A stretch of DNA of 64,000 bases from Squalus acanthias. Its lineage: Eukaryota. Location of the stretch: contig JASTWF010000034.1 in the NCBI GenBank assembly GCA_030390025.1, positions 1,984,001 through 2,048,000 of the forward strand. Direction: 5' to 3'. A program made the translations under genes and the position numbers. Position 1 is the stretch's first letter. Every line of letters starts with the position of its first letter. Below, piece after piece: positions 1 to 12,069 of this stretch. The notes below the pieces were generated by a model. The model saw only the letters and a list, made by a program, of their open reading frames with translations, was not told where the DNA came from and did not search any database.

Positions 1-354
1 GACTGGAACCGTGTTGGTCATTAATTGCTCCCTTATCTCTTGGGAGACCCGGTTCGAATAGTAGATGTACCCCCGTGCCTGGAACTGTGTTGGTTGTTAA
101 TTGCTCCCTTATCTCTTGGGAGGCCAGGCTGTGCTTTGACAATGGCTCTACTGAGGTTGTGAATACATATATTCCAAGGTTTGATAAGGGGAGAGAGGCA
201 CCTTCCAGTCTACAAATATGCCTTAATTAGCTAAACCTACTATCTGAAATAAGTAGAGGGTAATGTAGTCAAGTATCCCAGCATTCTTTGGGAACAAGCA
301 GGATCCTTCAGTAGTAGTCAAGTATCCCAGAGTTCTTTGGGAACAAGCTGGATC

Positions 355-1868
355 CTTCAGGACCCTAGTCTCTGATTCAACTACTTCACCCTCCATCCTA
401 ATGAAGAATTCTATCATATTATGATTACTCTGACCCAAGGGGCCTCGTACAACAAGATTGCTAATTAATCCTTTCTCGTTACATAATACCCAGTCTAAGA
501 TGGCCTGATATCTGTTGGTTCCTCGACATATTGTTTCAGAAAACCATGACGTAAACATTCCAGGAATTCCTCCTCCACAGTATTTTTACTAATTTGGTTA
601 GCCCCATCTATATGTAAATTAAAGTCACCCATGATGACTGCTGTACCCTTACGGCATGCTTCTCTAATTTCCCTTTTATTGCCGTCCCCAACCTCCGTAT
701 TACTGTTTGGAGGTCTATATAACACTCCCACAAACGTTTTCTGCCCCTTGTTATATCTCAGTTCTACACATACAGATTCCACATTATCAGAGCTAATATC
801 CTTCCTTTCAATTGTGTTAATCCCCTCTTTAACCAGCAATGCTACCCCACCTCCCTTTCTTTTTTGCCCATCTTTCCTAAATATTGAATAACCCTGGATG
901 TTGAGTTCCCAGCCTTGGCCACCCTGGCGCCATGTTTCTGTAATCCAAATCAAATCGTATTCATTAACCTCTATTTGCGCAGCTAATTCATCCACCCTCC
1001 CCAACAGCACTCGCAAACACTCCCCCGAGGACATCGGACCCGGCCCTGCCCAGGTGCAGACCGTCCCGTTTGTACTGCTCCCACCTCCCCCAGAACCGGT
1101 TCCAATGTCCAAGGAATTTCAATCCCTCCCCCTTGCACCATTCCTCTAGCCACGTATTCATTTGAAATATCCTCCTATTTCAACTCAGACTTCCACATGG
1201 CACAGGTAGCAATCCTGAGATTACTACCTTTGAGGTCCTATTTTTTAATTTACCTCCTAACTCCCTATATTCTGCTTTTAGGACCTCATCCCGTTTTTTA
1301 CCTATATCGTTGATGCCTATGTGCACCACGACAACTGGCTGTTCGCCCCCCTCCCTCCAAAATGTTCTGTAGCCGCTCCGAGACGTCCTTGACCCTTGCA
1401 CCAGGGAGGCAACACACCATCCTGTAGTCTCGTTGTGGCCGCAGAAACGCCTATCTATTCCCCTTACAATTTAATCCCGTATCACTATAGCTCTTCCACA
1501 CTTTTTCCTCACAGCCTGTGCAGCAGAGCCACCCATGGTGCCAGGAAGTTGGCTCTGCTGCCTGCCCCTGATAAGTCATCTCCCCCAACAGCATCCAAAG
1601 TGGTATATCTGTTTGAGAGGGGGATGGCCACAGGGGACCCCTGCACTAACTGCCTGCACCTCTTCCTCTGCCTGGTGGTCACCCATTCACTTCCTGCCTG
1701 TACACCCTTTACCTGCGGTGTGACCAACTCGCTAAACATGTTATCCACGACGTTCTCAGCGTCGCGAATGCTCCAATATGCATCCATCCGCAGCTCCAGT
1801 GCTGCAATGCGGTCCATCAGTAGCTGCAGCTGGATACACTTCCCACACACATGGTCGTCAGGGACACA
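355..1868 (-). mobile_element. CR1 LINE, 5' portion (ORF1 coiled-coil/SGNH esterase and ORF2 AP endonuclease), decayed
   Basis: ORFs 1509..1850 (CGKC..LQLLMDRIAALELRMD), 1180..1401 (VVVHIGINDIGKKR..VVISGLLPVP) and 495..1112 (ITETW, GGGVALLVK, LYRPPN, IMGDFN). Confidence 0.9.
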
Positions 1869-1873
1869 GGACG

Positions 1874-2136
1874 CGGTTCGGTTGTCTGGACCACTCAGGA
1901 GGAGCCCTGCAGTAATCTCAAGAGCGAGATTCCCTCTTCATTGTTGAGTGCTGCATTCTTCATAACATTGCAAACATGAGGACCCAGCCATTGCCACCAG
2001 GGATTGGTGCACCACCTGAGGAGGAGGAGGAAGAGGGAGAGGAGGAGGAGGAGAATCAGCAGCACCAACGTGGGAGGGAGGCGCACAATGTTGCCACTGC
2101 AAGGGCCGTCCGTGAGTGGCTCATTAGACACTGATT
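1874..2136 (+). mobile_element. PIF/Harbinger transposase C-terminal relic
   Basis: Manual translation from 1874 gives RFGCLDHSGGALQ*SQERDSLFIVECCILHNIA..PPEEEEEE..ARAVREWLI, matching the HARBI1-like RFRCLD..CCxLHN C-terminus; in-frame stop. Confidence 0.8.
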
Positions 2137-2179
2137 CTAACCCTTTACTGAGATGATGGCCTCTGGGATGAAGAAGCAC

Positions 2180-2880
2180 ATAGAAACATAGAATCATAGA
2201 AGACAGGAGCAGGAGTAGGCCAGACGGCCCCTCAAGCCTGCTCCGCCATTTAATGCGATCATGGCTGATCATCCAAATTCAGTACCCTGTCCCTGCTTTC
2301 TCCCCATATCCCTTGATCCCCTTAGCTTTATGAAATATATCTATTTCCTTCTTGAATATATTTAATGAATTGGACTGAACTGTCTTCTGTGGTAGAGAAT
2401 TCCACAGGTTCACCAGTCTCTGGGTGAAGAAATTCCTCCTCATTTCTGTCCTTAATGCCTTACCGCTTATCCTTAGACTGTGACTCCTGGTTCTGGACTC
2501 CCCCACCATCGGGAACATCCTTCCTACATCTAGTCTGTCTAGTCCTGTTAGAATTTAATCAGTTTCAATGAGATCCCCTCTCATTCTTCTAAACTCTAGC
2601 GAATACAAGCCCAATCGACCCAATCTCTCTTCATAAGTCCTTCCTGCCATCCCAGATATCAGTCTGGTAAATCTTCGCTGCACTCCCTCCATGGCAAGAA
2701 CATTCTTCCTCAGATAAGGCGACCAAAACTGCACACAATACTCAGGATGTGGTCTCACCAAGGCCCTGTAGAACTGCAGCAAGACATCCTTGCTCCTGTA
2801 CTCGAATCATCTCGCTATGAAGGCCAACATACCATTTGTCTTCTTAACCGCCTCCTGCACCTGCATGCTTACCTTCAGTG
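2180..2880 (-). mobile_element. CR1 LINE 3' end
   Basis: LVRPHPEYCVQFWSP, RRMRGDLIE and NFFTQRLVNLWNSLP motifs; ttctatg-type tail at about 2180-2200. Confidence 0.92.
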
Positions 2881-3299
2881 ATATCATTAGGCCTCACTGT
2901 AACAGGCATTAATTACAGTAATTGAACAAACATACTCATTGAACCATTGTCACCACAACACTTTACTGCAGCATAATCCAGCTCACCTTATTGTACACAG
3001 TTTTAAATTAAAAGTGAGCGAATACGTAATATTTCAGACGCCCATAAACATAAGAATATAAGAATTAGGAGCAGCAGTTGGCAATACTGTCTTTCGAGCC
3101 CTTCATTGAATGAGATCATGGCTGATCTTCGACCTAAAATCCACATTCCCCGACACCCAGCTCATCCTCATACCCCTTGATTCTGGACCAGTCCAAAAAT
3201 ACCGAAGACAGAACAGAGAGAAGGGAGTTTCTCTTCCTGTATTGATCTAAAGCTGAGAACAAAAGACGAGAAAGTGACAGAAAAAAGGCAGGCATAATG

Positions 3300-3771
3300 T
3301 GTTAGCTGTGGCTCAGTGGGTAGCACACTCGCTTCTGACATCTAAAGGGTTCTGGGTTCAAGTCCCACTGCAGGAACTTATAGCCCATAAATCTAGGCTA
3401 ACACTCCAGTGTAGTGCTAAGGGAGTGCTGCACTGTCGGAGGTGCCGTCTTTCAGATGAGATGTTAAACAACGTCCCTTTCTGCGCTCTCAGGTGGACGT
3501 AAAGGATCCCATGACACTATTTTGAAGAGGAGCAGGGGAGTGAACCCCGGTGTCATGGCCAATGTTTATCCAACAATCAACATAACAGAAACAGATTATC
3601 TGGTCATTATCACAATGTTGTTTGTGGGAGCTTGCTGTGCACTAATTGGCTGCCGTGTTTCCCACAATACAACAGTGACTACGCTTCCAAAATTACTTCA
3701 TTGGCCGTAAAGCGTTTTCAGATGTCCGGTGGGCGTGAAAGGTGCGATATAAATGCAAGTCTTTCTTTCTT
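3300..3771 (+). mobile_element. tRNA-headed DeuSINE (SacSINE1-like) with L2-type tail
   Basis: A box tggctcagtggg and B box ggttcaagtccc; Deu-domain text gtgctgcactgtcggaggtgccgtctttcagatgag...ctctcaggtggacgtaaa; tail gcgatataaatgcaagtctttctttc. Confidence 0.85.
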
Positions 3772-3775
3772 GAAA

Positions 3776-5720
3776 GATAGAATCATAGAATGGTTACAAC
3801 GCAGAAGGAGGCCATTCGGCCCGTCGAGCCCGTGCCATCTCTCTGCAAGAGCACTTCAGCAAGTCCCACCCCCATGCGCTTGCCCCAAAGCTGAGCAATT
3901 TTTTTCCTTCAGGTGCTTATCCAATTCCCTTTTGAAAGCCACAACTGAATCTGCCTCCTCCACCCTTTGAGGCAGTGCATTCCAGATCCTAACCACTCGC
4001 TGCGTAAAAAAGTTTTTTCTCATGTCCCCTTTGGTTACTCTGCCGATCACCATAAATCTGTGTCCTCTGATTCATGAACTTTCCACCAATGGGAACAGTT
4101 TCTCTCGATCTACTCTGTCCAGACACCTCATGATTTTCAACACCTCTATCACATTTCCTCTCAACCTCCTCTGCTCTTAGGATAACAACCCCAGCTTGTC
4201 CATTCTATCCACGTAACTGAAGATCCCTAATCCCTGGAATAATTCTTGTAAATCCTTTCTGCACCCGCTCTAAGTCATTTAAATCCTTCCTAAAGTGCGG
4301 TGCCCAGAATTGGACACAATACTCCAGTTGAGGCTGAACCAGTGTTTTATACAGGTTGATCATAACTTCCCTGTTTCTATACTCTAAGCCTCTATTTATG
4401 AATCCAAGGATCCGGTATGCTTTTTTAACCAACTTTTCAACCTGCCCTGCAACCTTCAACGATTTGTTTCTCTGTTCATGCACCACTTTTAGAATTGTAC
4501 CCTTTAGTTTATATTGTCTCTCCTCATTCTTCATACCAAATTGTATCATTTCACACTTTTCTGCATTAAATTTCATCTGCCACGTGTCCGCCCATTTCAC
4601 TAGCATGTCTCTTTCCTCTTCAAGTCTATCACTTTCCTCCTCACTGTTCACTATACTTCCAAGTTTTGTGTCATCTGCAAATTTAGAAATTGTGCCCTGT
4701 ACCCACAAGTCCAAGTCATTAACAAATATCAAAAAAGCAGTGGTCCAATACCGACCCCTGGGGAACACCACTGTGTTCCTTCCTCCAGTCCAGAAAACAA
4801 CCGTTCACCACTACTCTCAGTTTCCTGTCACTTAACCAATTTCTTATCCATGCTGCACTGTCCCTTTTATTCCATGGGCTTCAACTTTGCTGGCAAACCT
4901 ATTATATGGCACTTTATCAATGTCTTTTTGAAATCCATGTCAACCACATTCCGCTCATCAACCCTCTCTGTTAAATGATCAGAAAACACGTCAAGTTAGT
5001 TAAACACGATTGCCTTTGACAAATCCGTGCTGGATTTCCTTAATTAAACCACACTTGTCCAAGTGACTGTTAATTTTGTCCCGGATTATCGTTTCTAAAA
5101 GCTTCCCAACCACCAAGGTTAAACTGACTGCTCTGTATTTTGTGGGTTTATCCTTACACCCGTTTTTGAACAAGGGTTTAACATTTGCAATTCTCCAGTC
5201 TTCTGGCACCACACCGTATCTAATGAGGATTGAAAGATTCTGGCCAGTACCTCCGCAATTTCCCCCCTTCCCTTAGCATCCTAGGATGCATCCCATCCGC
5301 TCCTGGTGACTTATCTACTTTAAGTACAGCCAGCCTTTCTAATACCTCGTCTTATCAATTTTTAGCCCATCCAGTATCTCAACCACCTCCTCTTTCACTA
5401 TGACTTTGGCAGCAGTTTCTTCCTTGGTAAAAACAGATGCAAATTACTCATTTAGTATCTCAGCCATGCCCTCTGCCTCCATTCGTATGTCTCCTTTTTG
5501 GTCCTTAATGAGCCGCACCCCACCTCTTCATACCCGTTTACTATTTATATGCCTTTAGAAGACTTTTGGATCCAATTTTTTGTTAGCTGCCAATCTATTC
5601 AAATACACTCTCTTTGCCCCTCTTATTCCCTTTGACACAGCATCTCTGAACTTTCTATATTCAGCCTGGTTCTCACTTGAATTCTGAACTTGATACCTCT
5701 CATATATCCACTTATATGAG
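3776..5720 (-). mobile_element. CR1 LINE (5'-truncated RT and 3' UTR)
   Basis: PEDWRIANV, KFADDTKLG, EYCVQFWAP and FFTQRVVRIWNALP fragments in several frames. Confidence 0.92.
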
Positions 5721-5842
5721 ACTGAAAGACAGGGAGAGGTACAGAGGGAAAGAAATTAACTTTAAAAGGGGAATTGGATAAATACCTGAAGGAGCAATTT
5801 GCAGGACTATGGGAAAAGAGCAAGGGAATGGGAATAATTTGA

Positions 5843-6330
5843 GGGGTGAGGCCATGGTGGGATTTGAACATGAGGAGAAGAATATTTAAATCGAGTTGTT
5901 GCCGGATCGGCAGCCAATGTTGGTCAGTGATCACAGGGGTGATGGGTGAACGGGACATGATGTGTGTTAGGATATGGGCAGCAGAGATTTGGATGAACTC
6001 TAGTTTACGGAGGCTTGTTACTGGGTGGGCCGGCCAGGAGAGTATTGGAATAGTCGAGTCTGGATTTAACAAAGGCAAGAATGAGGGTTTATGCAGCGGA
6101 AGGGCTGAGGTGGAGCGGAGATGGGTGAAATTTTGGGGGTGGCAGTCGGCATGAATAGTGATTCAGAAGATATGAGTTCAGAATTCAGCTCAGGGACAAA
6201 GAGATCGCAGAGGTTGCAAACAGCCTGGTTCAGCCTCAGACATTGACCAGGGAGGGGGCCTGAATCGGTAGATAGAGAATGGAGTTTGTGACGGAGAATG
6301 AAGACAATGGCTTCGCGCTTCCCAAGATTT
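5843..6330 (-). mobile_element. L2 LINE fragment
   Basis: LEFIQISAAHILT..SPITPV..HWLPI..ILLLMFKS, an L2 ORF2 C-terminal signature. Confidence 0.8.
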
Positions 6331-6581
6331 AAATGACAAAAACAGTAATTTAGTGAAACGTGATTTTCAGATCAAATTTCTGGATATAGAGACTTTACCA
6401 ACGACACCAACAGCAGCAAAGAATGAAGAATAGTAATACAGTTAGCAAAGGTTTGCAGGGTTAATAGCTGGATAGAGAGATTTACCTGGAACAACAACTG
6501 CAGCAAGGAGGGGAGAGTAAACAACACGAACAGTAATACAGTAAAACATGGTTAACAGAATAGCTGAATAGAGAGACTTAC

Positions 6582-6904
6582 CAGGAACACCAACAGCAGC
6601 AAGGAGGGGATAGTAAATGTATTTAACAATCTGAAATGCCAACTGTATCCGCAGGTCTAATGATAGTTCATCATAATATGCTGAAAGAAAGTCAACCTGC
6701 CAGCTGAAACTCCTGCCCATTGTTGTAGCATTCCAATCTACTGTTCTCAGATTCTGATCTATTTTTGTAACATTCCAATCTACTGTTCTCCGATTCTGAT
6801 CCATTGTTGTAACATTCCAATCTACTGTTCTCAGATTCCGACTCCCTCTCTGTGGAGCAGCGCGCTGATCCCTGTCAGTGCCGGAGGTGAGGCTCTCACT
6901 GACA
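6582..6904 (-). CDS. Coding exon (N-terminus and first half of TM1) of a GPR139/GPR142-like class A GPCR; likely start ATG at 6804 (alternative 6720); remainder of gene lies left of the window
   Basis: Peptide ..LRIQLAFQIVKYIYYPLLAAVGVP(G) ends at a canonical phase-1 donor GTAAGT (6576-6581); three NxT sequons upstream; candidate acceptor ..ttatcccatAG before 6904. IYYPxLAAVGVP is recalled as typical of the shark GPR139-like expansion. No NLxxIxIL continuation exon seen in 1-6400. Confidence 0.75.
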
Positions 6905-6976
6905 CTATGGGATAACACATTGAAAGGAGTCCCTTATTAATAGAAGAGGGGAACCCTGCACTGATATAATTAGAGT

Positions 6977-7283
6977 CCATGGAGACTGACATTAATTACA
7001 GTCACTAAACAAACAGCTTCAGTTAACCCGTGGAGACTGACATTAATTACAGGCACTGAACAAACAGCTTCAGTTAACCCGTGGAGACTGACATTAATTA
7101 CAGTCACTGAACAAACAGCTTCAGTTAACCCGTGGAGACTGACATTAATTACAGTCACTAAACAAACAGCTTCAGTTAACCCATGGAGACTGACATTAAT
7201 TACAGTCACTGAACAAACAGCTTCAGTTAACCCGTGGAGACTGACATTAATTACAGTCACGAAACAAACAGCTTCAGTTAACC
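6977..7283. repeat. 51-bp minisatellite, about 6 copies
   Basis: Unit ccgtggagactgacattaattacagtcactgaacaaacagcttcagttaac. Confidence 0.95.
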
Positions 7284-7324
7284 CCTTTCAATCCAGCACG
7301 TTTTGTACCCCAATAAAGTAGAAC

Positions 7325-7920
7325 ATTTACCCGGTCCGGATGGGAATTATGAGGATTGCTGAGGGAAGGAATGGTGGAAATAGCGCAGGCTCTGGCCAGA
7401 ATATTTCAATCTCTTCGGATATGGGAGTGGTGCCAGCGGACTGGAGGGTTGCAAATGTTACACCCTGTTTAAAAAAGGAGAGGGGGATAAATCCTGTAAC
7501 TGCAGGCCAGTCAGCCTAACGTCAGTGGTGGGGAAACTTCTAGAGGCCATATTCACAGAGAAAAGTATCTGTCTTTGGAAAAAAACTTGGATTAATAAAT
7601 GACAACCAGCACGGATATGTTAGCGGCAAAGTGTGTCTGACAAACTTGATTAAATTCTTTGATGAAGTAACGGAAATGGTTGATGAGGGTAGTGTGGTTG
7701 ATGTTGTGTATATGGACATTCAAAATGCATTTGATGAAGTGCAATTGAATAGACTTGTTAGGACCAAAGGGACAGTGGCAGTGGGGATCTAACATTGGCT
7801 AAGGGAGAGAAAACAGAGAGTAGTGGTGAACGGTTGTTGTTCAGACTGGAGGGAAGGGTTCATAGGTATCCCCCAGATGTCGCTATTCGACTACTGCTCT
7901 TTTTGATATATATTAATGAT
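7325..7920 (+). mobile_element. CR1 LINE RT fragment, strongly decayed
   Basis: gactggagggttgcaaatgttacacc, ttctttgatgaagtaac and gatatatattaatgat CR1 RT text. Confidence 0.85.
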
Positions 7921-7985
7921 AGATATATATATATATATATAGACATATATATATATTCATATACATATATACACGCACACACAGA
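7921..7985. repeat. (TA)n/(CA)n microsatellite
   Basis: Directly visible. Confidence 0.9.
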
Positions 7986-8034
7986 GCGGGATAAGGTAGG
8001 CTTCAGGATGACATAGACAGACTGCTGAAATGAG

Positions 8035-9690
8035 CAAATTGATGAAAGGTGCCGTCGACAGTGCTATTATTTGGCACTTACTCACTAATAACCTTCTCAC
8101 CGATGCCCAGCTGGAGTTCCGCCAGGACCACTCGGCTCCAGACCTCATTACAGCCTTGGTCCAAACATGGACAAAGGAGCTGAATTCCAGAGGTGAGGTG
8201 AGAGTGACTGCCCTTGACATCAAGGCAGCATTGGACTGAGTGCGGCATCAAGGAGCCCCAGTAAAATTGTGGCAATGGAAAGCAGGGGGAAAACTCCCCA
8301 CTGGCTCGAGTCATACCCGGCACAACGGAAGATGGTTGTGGTTTTTGGAGGTCAATCATCACAGCCCCAGGACATCACTGCAGCAGTACATCAGGGCAGT
8401 GTCCTCGGCCCAACCATCTTCAGCTATTTCATCAATGACCTTCCCTCCATCCTATGGTCAGAAGTGGGGATGTTCGCTGATGATTGCTCAGTATTCAGTT
8501 CTATTCACAACTCCTCAGATAATGAAGCAGTCCATGCCCGCATGCAGCAAGACCTGGATGACATTCAGCCTTGGGTTGATAAGTGGCAAGTAATAATCAC
8601 ACGAAACAAGTCCCAGGCAATGACAATCACCAACAAGAGCCACATCCCCTTGACATTCAATGGGATTACCATCGCCAAATCCGTCACCATCAGTATCCTG
8701 GGTGTTTCCATTGACCAGAACATTAACTGGACCAGCCACATAAATACTATGGCTGAAAGAGCAGGTCAAGGCTGGGTATTCTGCGGCGAGTGTGTCACCT
8801 CCTGACTCCCCAAATCCTTTCCACCATCTACAAGGCACAAGTCAGGAGTGTGATGGAATACTCTCCACTTGTCTGGATGAGTGCAGCTCCAACAACACTC
8901 AAGAAGCTCGACATCATCCAGGACAAAGCAGCCCACTCAATTGGTAGCCCATCCATCACCATAAAAGGGCAGAGAGGGTGGTAAAAAGGGAGGGGGTCGC
9001 GGTATTGATTAAAGAAACTATTACAGCTGTGAGGAGAGATGATATGTTGGAGGGATCATCAAACGAGGCCATATGGGTCGAATGGAAAAACAAAAAAGGG
9101 GCGACCACACTGCTGGGAGTGTACTAAAGACCCCCAAACAGTGAGAGGGAGATAGAAGAGCAAATATGTCGACAAATTTCTGAGAAGTGCAAAAACTATA
9201 GGGCAGTAATAGTAGGAGATTTGAACTACCCCAATATTAACTGGGATAAGCTGGGTTTGTTTTCATTGGAACAGAGGAGGCCTGCTCCTGCTCCTATTTC
9301 TTATGTTATGTTCTTAAACATTCACTCCCTCCACCAGCGGCGCACCGTGGCTGCAGTGTGTACCATCTACAAGATGCACTGCAGCAACTTGCCAAGGTTT
9401 CTTCGGCAGTACCTCCCAAACATGCAGCCTCTACCACCTAGAAGGACAAGGGCAGCAGAAGCATGGGAACACCATCACCTGTAACTTCCCCTCCAAGTCA
9501 CACACCATCCTGACTTGGAAGTATATCACCATTCCTTCATTGTCGCTGGGTCAAAATCCTGCAACTCCCTCCACAACAGCACTGTGGGAGCGCCTTTCCA
9601 TCACTGCAGCGGTTCACCACCACCTTCTCAAGTGCAACTAGGGATGGGCAATAAATGCAAGGCGTGCCAGCGATGACCACAGGCCATGAA
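8035..9690 (+). mobile_element. CR1/L2-group LINE (second family), RT to 3' end, interrupted at about 8962-9310 by CR1 fragments
   Basis: ALDIKAA, HQGSVLGPTIFSYFINDLP, MFADDC, YKAQVRSVMEY and SLHQRRTVAA motifs; tgaa-repeat tail. Confidence 0.85.
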
Positions 9691-9764
9691 TGAATAAAAA
9701 AGAAAAACAAAATAGATGGCAGATGAAATTCCATAAATTAAATCGATTTTAGAACGTTTGCCGC

Positions 9765-11200
9765 GGATTGGAATGTAGCAAATGTAACCCCAATATTTAA
9801 GAAAGGAGGGAGAGAGAAAACGGGGAACTACAGATCAGTTTTCCTGACATCAGTAGTAGGGAAAATGCTAAAATATATTAAGGACGTAGTAACAGGGCAC
9901 TTAGAAAATTATAATAAGATTGAGCTCAGTCAGCACGGATTTATGAAAGGGAAATCGTGTTTGACAAATTTGTTAGAGATTTTTGAGGTTGTAACTAGCA
10001 GAACAGATAAGGGGGAGACAGTAGATGTGGTGGATTTGGATTTTCAGAAGTCATTCGATAAGGTGCCGCACAAGAGGTTATTAAACAAAATGGGATTGGG
10101 GGTAATATTCTAGCATGGGTTGAGGATTGGTTAACGGACAGAAAACAGAGAATAGCAATAAACGAGTCATTTTCGGTTTGGCAGGCTGTAACTAGTGGGT
10201 ACCGCAAGAATCAGTGTTTGGGCCACAGCTATTTACGATATATATCAATGATTTGGATGAGGGGACCAAATGCAATATATCCAAGTTTGCTGATGATACA
10301 AAGCTGGGTGGGAATGTAAGTTGTGAGGAGGATGCAAGGAGTCTTCAAGGGGATATAGACAGGCTAAGTGAATGGGCAAGAACACGGTAAATGGAATATA
10401 ATGTGGAGAAATGTGCAGTTAGGAAAAATAGTAAAGCAAGGTATTTTTTAAATGTTGAGAGATTGGAAAATGTTGGTATTCAGAGGGACCTGGGTGTCCT
10501 TGTACATGAATCACTGAAAGGTAACATGCAGGTACAGCAAATAATTAGGAAAGCAAATGGTATATTGGCCTTTATTACATGAGGATTTGAGCAGAAGAGT
10601 AAAGACGTCTTACTGCAATTATATAAGGCCCTGGTGAGACCACACCAGGAGTACTGTGTACAGTTTTGGTCTCCTTACCTAAGGAAGGATATAATTGCCA
10701 AAGAGGGAGCGCAACGAAGGTTCACCAGACTGGTTCCTGGGATGGGGGGATTGTCCTATGAGGACAGATTGAGTAGACTAGGCCTATGTTCTCTAGAATT
10801 TAGAAGAATGAGAGGTAATCTCATGGAAATATATAAAATTCTTAGAGGGCTTAACAGGGTAGATGCAGGGAGGATGTTTCCCCTGGCTCGGGAGTCTAAA
10901 ACAAGGGGTCACAGTCTCAGCAAAAGACGTCGGCCAGTTAGGTCCGAGATGAGGAGAAAATCCTTCACTCGGAGGGTGGGGAATCTTTGCAATTCTCTAC
11001 CCCAGAGGGCTGTGGATGCTCAGTCCTTGAGTATATTCAAGACAGAGAGGGAAAGATTTTTGAATATTTAGGGAATCAAGGGATATGGGGATAGTTCAGG
11101 AAAGTGGTGTTGAGGTAGAAGATCAGCCATGACCTTATTGAATGGCAGAGCAGGATCGATGGACCGAATGGCCTACTCCTGCTCCTATTTCGTATGTTCC
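9765..11200 (+). mobile_element. CR1 LINE (RT and 3' UTR)
   Basis: SQHGFMKGKSCLTNLLE, DFQKSFDKVPH, EYCVQFWSP and CR1 3' UTR. Confidence 0.93.
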
Positions 11201-11446
11201 TATTTTATAACTCTCAATATCTATCCCTGTCTTTCTCTTCCCTCTGCCTCTCTGTCTCTCTCTGGCTGTCTGTGGCTCTCCCCCTGACTTTCTGTCTCTC
11301 TATTTCTATCTCTCAATCTGCCCACTCTCATTGTTTCTATTTCTCTCTTTGTGTCTGTCTGACTCTCTCTATGGCCCGCTCAATGACCCTCCCAATGGCT
11401 CGCTCTATGTTTCAGTCAATGTCTCTCTCAATGTCCCTCTCAATGT

Positions 11447-11692
11447 ATCCCTGATTTTAATCGCTCCACCATTGGTGGCCATGCCTTCAGCTGCCTGGGC
11501 CCTCAGCTCTGGAATTCTGTCCGAGAACCTCTCTGCCTCTCTCTCCTCCATCAAGACGCTCCTTAAAAATTACCTCTTTGCCCAAATATCTCCTTATGTG
11601 GCTCGATGTCAAATGTTGTTTGATAGCACTCCTGTGAAGCGCCTTGGGATGTTTTACTACGTTAAAGGCGCTGTATAAATATAAGTTGTTGT
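11447..11692 (+). mobile_element. L2 LINE 3' end
   Basis: ggtggccatgccttcagctgcctgggcc...cctgtgaagcgccttgggatgttttactacgttaaaggcgct..aagttgttg tail. Confidence 0.85.
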
Positions 11693-11716
11693 GTTTTGCT
11701 TATTTCCAATTTAAGA

Positions 11717-11850
11717 ATTAACAATTAACTTTACTCCCTTGTGTATTGGTTATCATACCCAATTTAACAATTAACTGACAGTTTTACCCTGTGTATTGGT
11801 TATCATACCCAATTTAACAATTAACTAACTTTATGCACTTGTGTATTATT
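11717..11850. repeat. Short AT-rich tandem repeat (about 45-50 bp, 3 copies)
   Basis: aattaacaattaact...tgtgtattggttatcatacccaat repeated. Confidence 0.75.
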
Positions 11851-12069
11851 TATCAGGTCAAATTTAAATAACTGTAGCTCGGTTCCCCTCTATGCTTAAT
11901 TTATCAATTTGTACAAATAATTGCAACGTTCTGAATAAAATAATAAATAAGATCAGGAGTAGGTCCTGCGCTGCAACCTGTTTCTTAGTTTTGATGTCCA
12001 ATTTATCAATCAACAGTGCCTTTGTTCCTCGGTGAATTGGTTACCACTTCCATTTTAAAACCACCTCAA

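Noticed and set aside
1..360. Two short direct duplications (about 45 bp each, at about 5-125 and 265-360)
   Set aside because: Too little context at the window edge to assign; probably local tandem duplications
1396..1947. Numerous 60-200 aa ORFs antisense to LINE and Gypsy sequences
   Set aside because: Shadow frames of TE coding sequence with no independent motifs
3300..3375. tRNA genes at 3300 and about 46000-46067
   Set aside because: They are tRNA-derived SINE heads continuing into Deu/V domains and LINE-derived tails
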